The notes under the pieces are model-generated. The model saw only the letters and a list, made by a program, of their open reading frames with translations. It made no database searches and was not told the DNA's origin. The translations under genes and the position numbers were made by a program. DNA of 63,510 nucleotides, counting the filler, from Octopus bimaculoides (lineage: Eukaryota): NCBI RefSeq assembly GCF_001194135.2. It is 5 parts of 4 records of this genome, joined end to end, with 100 filler letters (N's around TTAATTAATTAA, not from the genome) between each part and the next. Parts side by side here need not be neighbours in the genome. Positions count along the whole stretch, not along the records: positions 30,254 to 58,492 come from NC_068995.1; 4 more parts are not named here. One strand, given 5' to 3'. Below, piece after piece: positions 37,850 through 48,459 of this stretch. Each line of letters begins with the position of its first letter. The first letter of the stretch is position 1.

Positions 37850-38140
37850 TACGAGGGTGAGTCAAAAAGTAATGCCATTTTGTTTAGGACAGGTGTAATT
37901 ACCAGCACAAGAACATGTATCATACATCAAAAGGAAGCTGGTCCTCTGTGGATCACATCCCTATTTCTCAACATAGTCACAGTTTCTCTCAAAAGCAATG
38001 TTCCACCTTCGAAAGAGAGCATGTATCCCTGCCCCGTAAAATTCTGTTGACTGTTCTTTGAGCCANNNNNNNNNNTCGAAAGAGCGCATGTATCCCTGCC
38101 CCGTAAAATTCTGTTGACTGTTTTTTGAGCCACTTCTTCA
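37850..38140 (-). mobile_element. Mariner (Tc1/mariner) 3' end with TIR
   Basis: TA + CGAGGGTGAGTCAAAAAGT terminal motif at 37850; the minus strand encodes KKWLKKQSTEFYGAGIHALFRRWNIAFERNCDYVEK, the mariner C-terminus. Confidence 0.88.
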
Positions 38141-38164
38141 CTACAAAGTCAAAGAGACAACACC

Positions 38165-38337
38165 TTATTTCGAAAGCTCGTAACAGGTGATGGAACATGG
38201 GTTTATCATTATGAACCGGAATCAAAGAAGCAGTCAATGGAATGGCGTCACTCTACGTCACCAACACCGAAAAAGTTCAAGACGCAAAAGTCAGCTGGAA
38301 AAATCATGGCGACTGTCTTTTGGGATGCTCAAGGTTT
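38165..38337 (+). pseudogene. Mariner transposase catalytic-domain fragment
   Basis: LFRKLVTGDGTWVYHYEPESKKQSMEWRHSTSPTPKKFKTQKSAGKIMATVFWDAQG matches the mariner TGDETW...MATVFWD region. Confidence 0.92.
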
Positions 38338-39569
38338 CCATTTTATAGTATTGGTTTTAATTGAGCTTCTAAATAGTACCACTGAGTAAAAATTGATACA
38401 AAGTAGCAATAAATTTGGGCTACCAAATACAAAATCAAGACAGGAATTAGAGGAAACGCTCAGACACAGAGAAACTTTCAAATTTTTACAACCATTTCAC
38501 AATTAAAAAATGTTATGGTGAATACTGAAAAACATAGGTTGGAGGATATTGATTAAAAATCAATTAGCACCAAAGCTTTAATTTCCAGAGATGTATAGTC
38601 TGTTGTCTGTATCTGTTATAATATGTCCGGTCCAGAACAAACAGCACCGTCGTAATTTGTTTTAAATAGTGTTTACATAAACTACAAACTTTTTAAATAT
38701 TCTAACAATGCAGCAGTTTAATTCCATCTATTTCGCTCACGTCGTATACGAGTAACATTAAAATATTAGTTTTATCGGATGATGATTATCAAAACTGACT
38801 TTAATGTCTTAATTCCCAGTTAAATACTCTTATGCGTGAAACTAAAGCAATGTTGCTAAATAGGAAATTCGAAATCAAGTCAATTATCAAGTTTCCTATA
38901 TTTCTATTTATTCATTTAGAAAAGCACCTATCGTAACAATAAATTATAATTACGAAACCGGAATACTTTACGATATACTATCAGATATTTTGTATTGAGA
39001 AATACATGATGTTGATTCTCCATTTGAGAGATGTATAGCTGAGCATCGTCTGACTTGAAATATGAATTAGGAAACACTACTTTAAAACTTTAGAAAACGA
39101 AAGTCCTGTTTAATTCCAAATTCTCGCAATATCACCACCAATGTTAGTCTGTATTCGCTATTCACACGTGTCTGATGAAACCGAGACTTTTAAATTTTAA
39201 AACTCGTTCACTTTTTCAGTATGCACATGGCAATATATGAAATATTGTTCAATCATAAGAATACACTTGTCCGTATGTACCCACATACACACACAAACAC
39301 GCGCAAAGTGGAGTGCATATATATTCCTTTATTCTTTTACCTGTTTCAGTCATTTGACTGTAGCCATGCTGGAGCACTATAAATAGAAACAAACATACAT
39401 TACTTAATGTCGAAAGAATGAGAAAAGAATGCTTAATACATGTTGTAGAGGATATAGCTTTTGTTAATTTTTAAACTGAAACTGAAACTGAGAGTTTGTC
39501 ACTTTGCTCAAATTTCACGCCATTGAAATCTCACCTGAAGATTGTATATAAACATATATATTAAAATGC

Positions 39570-39770
39570 AACCATGCTGGGGCACCACATTGAACAACTT
39601 TAGTCGAACGAATCAACCTTGCCATTTATGTTTTAAAGCCTGGTACTTATTCTATTGGTCTCTTTTGACAAACCTCAAAGATACGTGTACGTAATCACAC
39701 CAACACCGGTTGTGAATCGGTGACGAGGGACAAATACAGACAAAAAGAAACACACACGTGCTCACATTTC
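39570..39770 (-). mobile_element. SINE family B 3' portion
   Basis: AAGCCTGGTACTTATTCTAT.GGTCTCTTTTG...ACACCAACACCGGTTGT is colinear with 28540-28630. Confidence 0.75.
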
Positions 39771-39896
39771 ATAAATCCAGAAACGTAGATGATTTTGATA
39801 AGTTTATTGATCTAGAACAGTGACGGACTTATGAACATATGAAAATAAATAAATAGATAAATAGAATCAACAAAAATAAGACACAGACGTGGCTGT

Positions 39897-40706
39897 GTGG
39901 TAAGAAGTTTGCTTCTAAATCACATGATTCTGCATTCAGTCTTCTACCATATAACCCTGCCAGATCTGCACAACATAGCAGAAGAATTGGAGCTCCCCGA
40001 CGGAACACGACTGAGAGTTGTGGTGGAGGGGAGACGACCAATATGTTACAAATGTAAAAGTAGGGGACACATGCAGGTGGTGTGTCCCCGCAGAGAAGTA
40101 CAAGTGGAAGAAACAGAGGTCTGTGAAGAGGAGATGGTGGAAGGCGAACAAGACGGGGTAGAGAAAAAGCAGGTGGAGATTGTGGAGTGCGAGAAAAGTT
40201 CTCAAGAAACAGATAGAAAGCGTATGCGGACTGAATCGCCGCCAAAGAAACCCCAAAAAATAAAGAGGGAAAAGGAAACCGAAAAAGACGAAGCTGAGAA
40301 TCGAACCCAAGATACAGAGCATGAAAAAGAATGGAAAAGAAGGGAGAAGTGGTGGACTTGGTGGGAAAAGATGATAGACCAGCAAAATAGTGCAAGGATG
40401 GAAGGAAAGGTAGTTGGAAAAGTAGAATATAAAAATATCAGAACAGTGGTTTTTTACGACGAGGATTTAGAGTTGGAAAAGACGATTGCAAGAATAAAAG
40501 GATTAGTAAGACTTAAACTGGACCCTGAAACGTTTGAAGAAAAACAGAAAGCTATATTGGTGGAAGCACATATAATGCAGAAACTGCAACAAATACACCT
40601 GGACAAATTTCAAAAAAGTGGATTATACGTGGGCTACGACACCCTGCCAAGTGTAGTAACGGCAGAGAAGCTGTGGCCACTTACAATTGCTGAAGAAAAA
40701 AAATGA
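39897..40706 (+). CDS. L1/Tx1-type LINE ORF1-like protein with CCHC zinc knuckle; 5' end overlaps a SINE head
   Basis: Stop-free 269 codons with CYKCKSRGHMQVVC (CX2CX4HX4C). The motif L..PDG..L.VVVEGRRP.CY is homologous to the ORF1 at 57468-57833 (LADDSNLHMAIEGRRLRCY). 39886-39945 is a family B SINE head, so the GTG start is probably not the native one. Confidence 0.7.
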   Translation: MVRSLLLNHMILHSVFYHITLPDLHNIAEELELPDGTRLRVVVEGRRPICYKCKSRGHMQVVCPRREVQVEETEVCEEEMVEGEQDGVEKKQVEIVECEKSSQETDRKRMRTESPPKKPQKIKREKETEKDEAENRTQDTEHEKEWKRREKWWTWWEKMIDQQNSARMEGKVVGKVEYKNIRTVVFYDEDLELEKTIARIKGLVRLKLDPETFEEKQKAILVEAHIMQKLQQIHLDKFQKSGLYVGYDTLPSVVTAEKLWPLTIAEEKK

Positions 40707-42462
40707 TCATAAACCGTATGAGAACTGTTAAATGAAACTGCGAGTTTTGGGGGACTCGTAAGCCATTTTATCACCTCATTGTAAGTAATTCATTTCATTC
40801 ATCATTCGTTCTTTGTACCCCACGTGTTGTATTGTTTTGTCTGTCCTTGTAGTATCCCCCCTCTGTGTAGTGGTCGTAGTGCCAAAATAAAGAGAAAGTG
40901 TTGAGTAGCAATCGAGTAACTGTTGTGTAGCGGTTGAGTAGAGATCATCCGAAGGTGCTAGATAGCAGTAGCGTTGAGGCATAACAGATACAATCAGAGA
41001 GAAGAGACATTATGCCTGTGAGCCTATATATGCAGCAGCAACACTGTTCCTTGTAAGTTAAGTGAGTTAACCAACATAATATATGGCAAGGATGGCAACT
41101 TTAAATTTTGCACAGAAGAGATTTTAAAACTTTGCAGAAATATTAGACCATAATTTATGATTAATGAGATTAAGTTGTAACTGCTATCAGATGGATTGTG
41201 AAAACGAGGAGTATTAATCTCAAGTTTGTCTTCGAATTTCCTGATCGATTTGAATTGAAAGTTAGGACAAAGAATGTCGAACGATAATTAGTATGCATCA
41301 AAGTCAGCTTGACCTATTATAGATCAATTAAGAAGATAAGGATAACAGCTCGAAAAGGATGACAGCATTCTTGATATCAACGTTATTGAGTTAAATGCAT
41401 TCTTTGAACCAAACTCGTAAACTAGAGATCAAGAGATACATTTCTGTTTCCGTGATATATTGAATGGTAATGAAATCAGCCATTAATGGAAAGGAAAACT
41501 GAAACATTAGATTGATTTAGGTAGAAAAGATCTTCCTACAGCCGTATTCGACTGTAAAGCGTTCTCGCTTTGCTTGTCCAAAGCAATTTAAAAGTTTGTC
41601 TTAAACGTCTAGGCTTGTTTTCAGACTTTTAGTATCCCTTGTTTCATACGTTCTGAGCAATATAAAGCTTTCCTTTCTGCTGACAGAAAAACAAAACAGG
41701 AATGTGTGACATACATGAAGGATATACACCAGAAAATATGTCATGTGTGCTACATTTGATACATATCGTTTATGCTCTTTTGTATACGTTGTTTTCTGAA
41801 AATAAGTTATGCAATAATCTATCTTCTAAATCAGTAATGCTTATTTTTTCTTCGCAGAGTATCTGTAAATTAGTACTTTTCGTAATGAAGAGTAAAATTA
41901 TTTATCTTAATATGGAAATGAAAAATGAATATTGTCGTGTTTACGTTTTGCCAATGGACAAGTAAAAACAGCAATGTAAATTGTCATTAAATTACAACAG
42001 CACCAGACCGCATAATCAGACAAAACAAATAATGTTTTTTCTCTTCTGCAATGCATTTTAACTGCTTCTTCAGTTTTACGTTGCAAATCCATAAAATTTG
42101 TCAGATTAAATTTTGTTAATAAATCAAAGTATGTTTTTCAGTATTCATCATAACATTTTTTAATTGTGAAATGGTGGTAAAAAGTTCTTTAAGTGCTATG
42201 GCGCTCCCTTCCGCTTGCGCCTTTTCCCGCCCTTTAGGTCTCTATTGGGTCAGTGTTTTGTTGTTTTATTGTCAGTTTTTAAGATTAGTCTCGTGTGTAT
42301 TGATATATTAAGTATCTTCTCATTCTGTATTCTTCGGCCACTATTTTTAATTGTCTCGTTCATTAATCAAAGGAGATTCTCACAAAATTGTTGGTGATCT
42401 GCTGAATGTCATATTTTACATATCCAACAATTTCAACGCCTTCTGCATGTGTACACACACAC

Positions 42463-42525
42463 ACGCACGCGCACACGCACGCGCACACGCACGCGCACAC
42501 GCACGCGCACACGCACGCGCACACG
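42463..42525. repeat. 12-bp tandem repeat (CACGCACGCGCA)n
   Basis: Direct reading. Confidence 0.9.
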
Positions 42526-43711
42526 ATTTTGCCGATCCATAAACAAGTATAAAAGCATTTGATCAGTTAAGAGAGTTAAACTGAAGCTTAAGATTGTTCC
42601 AACGTTATATCATGTTATATTCGTATTGCCTAACTAATATACATTCAGTTTAACGGCAGTTTTACACGTACACATCTGCTCTTGAAGCATGAATAATGTT
42701 TTTCCAAAGGTTTATAATCAAATTTTAGCTCCATGGCCCAACTTTCTGTTCTGTTCCAAATCAGTCATAATTTCTGTGGAAATGTTCTTCACTGTAGCAC
42801 GGAAAAAAATACAAGACAGACATAGACAAAGAAAGCTATAAATATAACTACCGAAGCAAATAAAGAACTATAATAATTATAAAAGTAACATAGTAAGGGC
42901 AGTTAGGAGTAATTTTACTATAGAAATTACTATAATATCATTAATTAATATCAATAATTATTCTGAAGCCGTTCGGCTTTCTGTGGCATATTTATTATTT
43001 TGCTTCACTTAATTAACTTTTATATTTTGTTTTACACGCAACAATTTTGCTATTGATTATATTTATCATCGTACGAATGCCTGTCATGGAGGTAATTACT
43101 CGAGTCTTCTATAAATAACGAATTCTCGATGATGTTTAGCTATCAGTGATAAAATTGTAAATGTCCATTTATAATGCATCGTCACTTATATCATTGTTCA
43201 TCTAACTATTATCGCTCTCATATAATATTTAGATCTAGATTGTTTTTCAAATAGCGATAACAGAATGTTGCTTGGACTACTAGAACTGTAGTATTCATCT
43301 ACATTTCATTCTGTTTTAGCAGTTATCGAATATATTTCTTATTTCTCATTACTCATACCATTAATCTAGATAATGCAGTATTCACCAGAATCCTGCAACT
43401 GGATCATAGAATGATGTGAATAAATTATATTTCTAACTACATTTATCATCACATTCCAAAAAATCCACACGCATATTGCTTCACGGTACATACGAGTGAA
43501 TTAGTTGTCACTTTAAAAGTATAGAAATAAAAATTTGGTTGAACCATGAGAATAAAGATAGAAGCACAGACAAGTACATGTAGGTTTACATACATACAGA
43601 TAGATAGTTAGATAGAATTAAACATACACTCGCTCGGACATACATATACTTACATATACATACATACACACATACAAACAAACACACACACGCAAATACT
43701 CGCGCGCGCAT

Positions 43712-43794
<83 letters not shown>

Positions 43795-45757
43795 CTTCAA
43801 TTTAAAACGACAAATCTTGAAATTACAGCTACTCAGGGTTTCCTGCTCGAAATAATAATCTATTCTGTCATTTATCAAGCTGAAAACAAGAACGTGTGTC
43901 TTTTGAACAAATAGCGTTTAAACAAGAGACGCTTGTAAAGAAGACAAAACAAAAAGGAAAAACGCTAGGTAGATAACCACCATTACAATAATTTGGTTTC
44001 AAGCAGACGTAAACCAGATGTTAATGGCTTAGAAAGTGTCCGGTGGTCTATTTACTTTTAAATTAAAAGATGTATTACTTGAAATGTGGGCATAAATAAA
44101 AAATCTAGTTCCTGGAATTTATGTATCTGTTGGTGATTCCCAAGTCTTTTGATAGATATAATTTTTCAAGCTAACACACTTAATATTTTTTAGACCCGTT
44201 AATATAGGGTCTGGATTTCGAAAGGATTTATCATTTGATATAGAAATTAAGTTTCCAGTTTAAAGCCGAAAGTGTTGTTAAATGCCTCTTATCACGGTAC
44301 TTACATTTCGAAAGATGGTTGTTATATCTAGATTTAAGTTTTCCTGCGACATAGCGCTTGATATTTGTACGACTATTGTCATAGTTTATGAAGCACAGGC
44401 TTCAGCAAACTACGGCAATGTGTAACTGTAATTTCAAGATTTGTGGCTTTTAATTTAAGATTATCTTTAACTCTCTTAACTGATCAAGTGCTTTTCTACT
44501 TGTTGAAACATTACCACATAATTATATATATATACATACATGTGTGTGTGTGTGACCTTCTGATATTTGACAAACGATACTTGGCAGCTTTTATTAGGAG
44601 AACCTTTTGGAATCATTTGGTGTTGTCAACTTTACTACATCGATGCATCAGTTGCGCATCTGGAAATTTTCTTTATACTCAAGCGGCTTTAGTACTGATA
44701 AAAGGAATCGATCCGTAGAGCACAATAGCTGACTGCAAGCTGATTTCCTTGATAAATTTGGGTGGATAGCTTCCTCTTCTGTAAAGTGGAGTTAGATATC
44801 GCGCAGAGATAGGGATTCGGTGTAATCGGATGGTTTGATTATAAAATGTGTAGTTGTTAACGTTGTTGGCTTAGTGACATAAAACATATGCATATACCTA
44901 AATNNNNNNNNNNNNNNNNNNNNNNNNNNNNNNNNNNNNNNNNNNNNNNNNNNNNNNNNNNNNNNNNNNNNNNNNNNNNNNNNNNNNNNNNNNNNNNNNN
45001 NNNNNNNNNNNNNNNNNNNNNNNNNNNNNNNNNNNNNNNNNNNNNNNNNNNNNNNNNNNNNNNNNNNNNNNNNNNNNNNNNNNNNNNNNNNNNNNNNNNN
45101 NNNNNNNNNNNNNNNNNNNNNNNNNNNNNNNNNNNNNNNNNNNNNNNNNNNNNNNNNNNNNNNNNNNNNNNNNNNNNNNNNNNNNNNNNNNNNNNNNNNN
45201 NNNNNNNNNNNNNNNNNNNNNNNNNNNNNNNNNNNNNNNNNNNNNNNNNNNNNNNNNNNNNNNNNNNNNNNNNNNNNNNNNNNNNNNNNNNNNNNNNNNN
45301 NNNNNNNNNNNNNNNNNNNNNNNNNNNNNNNNNNNNNNNNNNNNNNNNNNNNNNNNNNNNNNNNNNNNNNNNNNNNNNNNNNNNNNNNNNNNNNNNNNNN
45401 NNNNNNNNNNNNNNNNNNNNNNNNNNNNNNNNNNNNNNNNNNNNNNNNNNNNNNNNNNNNNNNNNNNNNNNNNNNNNNNNNNNNNNNNNNNNNNNNNNNN
45501 NNNNNNNNNNNNNNNNNNNNNNNNNNNNNNNNNNNNNNNNNNNNNNNNNNNNNNNNNNNNNNNNNNNNNNNNNNNNNNNNNNNNNNNNNNNNNNNNNNNN
45601 NNNNNNNNNNNNNNNNNNNNNNNNNNNNNNNNNNNNNNNNNNNNNNNNNNNNNNNNNNNNNNNNNNNNNNNNNNNNNNNNNNNNNNNNNNNNNNNNNNNN
45701 NNNNNNNNNNNNNNNNNNNNNNNNNNNNNNNNNNNNNNNNNNNNNNNNNNNNNNNNN

Positions 45758-45794
<37 letters not shown>

Positions 45795-46339
45795 CATATG
45801 TATATATTAATGTTCAATTCTAATAAAAATAGGTTTACACTAATCTGATGGATTACTCTATACTTTTGATGAGTACAAATTTATTATTCTTATACAAGAA
45901 CGTTGTAGATAGTGACGTCGAAATTTCGACCAGCTAAGCCATCGTCGGACTGCAGTCCATGTATATATGAGTCTGTTCTCCGTTCAACCCTGCATTCACT
46001 GTATTTAATATATGTTTTTCAGTCCGTTTACTTATTACTATACGTGATTGGCTTCTGAAAAAGCACTCTTTTACTTTTACAGTATACATATGTGAGTGTG
46101 CGTGTGTATATATAGATATAGGTACACACACACAACAGATGTGAGCTGGGTATGATTTGTATGGAAAACATAATGTAGAGCTCAAAAGGATTAGAGCATA
46201 AACTCCGAATTCTTCGTTCAGGGCAGGGTCCGCTCCGCCAAGAGTGGCTAGAGGGGAAAGACTTCTACGAAGTCTATTTCTATTTTGTGTGTGTGAATGT
46301 GCATGCGCACGTTCGTGTGGGAATGTATGTGCGTGTGTG

Positions 46340-46370
<31 letters not shown>

Positions 46371-46384
46371 ATATGTGTGTGCGT

Positions 46385-46415
<31 letters not shown>

Positions 46416-46981
46416 CATAAAATTAGGTAGAAAATATGCAAATGAATAAGAGACAGAACGAACGTAAAATCTAAACAGAAAGTCTTCCCTTATCGGCTGT
46501 TTCGCTGATGATTATGGGGGTTTTGACACCTGATACTGAAACACATTCCTAAGTGGCATCAACATCTATTGAATGCAGTTGCTAAGGAATGCATAATCAG
46601 AGATGAGACATAAAGATATATTAGTGAAGTTTTTGCGACTAGTAGAATGAAAACACAAGGACATGAAAATTATATAATTAAATAATAGCAAGACGGAAAA
46701 AAAGAAAGCATTAATATTTTAAGATAAAAATGAAAGACGTTAGTATTGTACGCTACAATAAAACAAAACAACACTTGACAAAAGTGCAGCAAGTCCATGC
46801 TAAAAGGGAAAATAGAACGCGATTAGGTGCTCGAACGAATTCCGTAAGCAAATCGCGAAGACAAGAGAGATGCATTCGGTTAGTGAGCTGAAAGAAACAT
46901 ATATGAAACATGTGAGAAGCAGAACGACGCAAGCTTGGAGCGCAAAGAGGCAAAGCAGAGAGAGAGGGAAAGTGAAGGAGA

Positions 46982-47036
<55 letters not shown>

Positions 47037-48459
47037 NNNNNNNNNNNNNNNNNNNNNNNNNNNNNNNNNNNNNNNNNNNNNNNNNNNNNNNNNNNNNNNN
47101 NNNNNNNNNNNNNNNNNNNNNNNNNNNNNNNNNNNNNNNNNNNNNNNNNNNNNNNNNNNNNNNNNNNNNNNNNNNNNNNNNNNNNNNNNNNNNNNNNNNN
47201 NNNNNNNNNNNNNNNNNNNNNNNNNNNNNNNNNNNNNNNNNNNNNNNNNNNNNNNNNNNNNNNNNNNNNNNNNNNNNNNNNNNNNNNNNNNNNNNNNNNN
47301 NNNNNNNNNNNNNNNNNNNNNNNNNNNNNNNNNNNNNNNNNNNNNNNNNNNNNNNNNNNNNNNNNNNNNNNNNNNNNNNNNNNNNNNNNNNNNNNNNNNN
47401 NNNNNNNNNNNNNNNNNNNNNNNNNNNNNNNNNNNNNNNNNNNNNNNNNNNNNNTTTCAAACAGCAGAAATTGTTTTTATTTGTGAAAAGAAAGGAAAAA
47501 AGACTATAGATGTTTATCGCATGACAAGTGTTGTTGACAGTGTAGTTTAGCTGGCAGGGCAAAGATGACCTGTAGAAGTATTTAAAAAAACAAAAAAACT
47601 TGATGGAATGTCATCTTGTTGCGAAGAGTTCAACCTTCTCATTTAGAAACGGTGTGGGGTGTTAGAGTAAATATTTATTTTTTTTATCTGTTGGGCCTGT
47701 TTGGTAAGATGCATGTAGCTGGTTGATGTGATGTATTTAAAAAGAATAAAATTTCAATAATCGAACGGTAACTGCAAAACACTATACAAACCAATTACTA
47801 TTATTATTGTGTACACCCATATTTTCTGATGAACATGCATAGTGATAACAAGGGATTGTTAGGGGAACTGATGAACATGCGTAGAATAACAGCCAAGTTT
47901 CCCTAAAATCATATTTTCATGTTTTAACACTTGCATGTGTTATCTCTGGATGGTCGTTGCTGGAACGTCTTTAGTCTTGGATCTTTCGCTCAGGACTGAT
48001 ATTTAGCTATACATGCATAGCTGGTACATGAGAAATCATAAAAAAACACCGGAAGGTTGAGGCGAAAAGTGGATGAGTGAATAAAAACAAAAAAATAATA
48101 GAAAATAAAGAAAATTAGAGTTCCGTTGATGGTAGAAACCAAATTAACCTAGTTGTGGTGGAAAAATTCAACGGAGACGGGTCCAGATTCTGCGAGGCAG
48201 CTGCTAAACCTGAAGAGGATGGTGACCGCCAGTTCGCGAAAAGAAATTTGTCCGTATTCTGGCATTTGCTTAAAGTTCGAATCCGTAATTAAGTAGTACG
48301 ATGAAAGCTAGTAAAATAATATGCTTCACCACCCCCTCTCTCTCCCTTACAGCAAGAAACTATTAGTAGTACTTATATTTATATTATGTACATTAAAGTA
48401 TATCTCTCACTGGGGGAAGTATTTTGATCATATATCTATGTAAACTATATATATAAAGA

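Noticed and set aside
38009-38132. 57-bp tandem duplication within the mariner 3' end
   Set aside because: The copies flank a 10-N gap and differ at 2 positions, typical of overlapping contig ends or haplotypes.
40779-41076. Possible solo LTR (TGT...ACA, AATAAA, TATA-like)
   Set aside because: No target-site duplication, the signals are in the wrong order, and there is no second copy or PBS/PPT in the window.
46505-46545. CTGATGA...GAAAC spacing suggestive of a second hammerhead (also CTGAAGA...GAAA at 48210-48242)
   Set aside because: I could not form convincing stems I, II or III.
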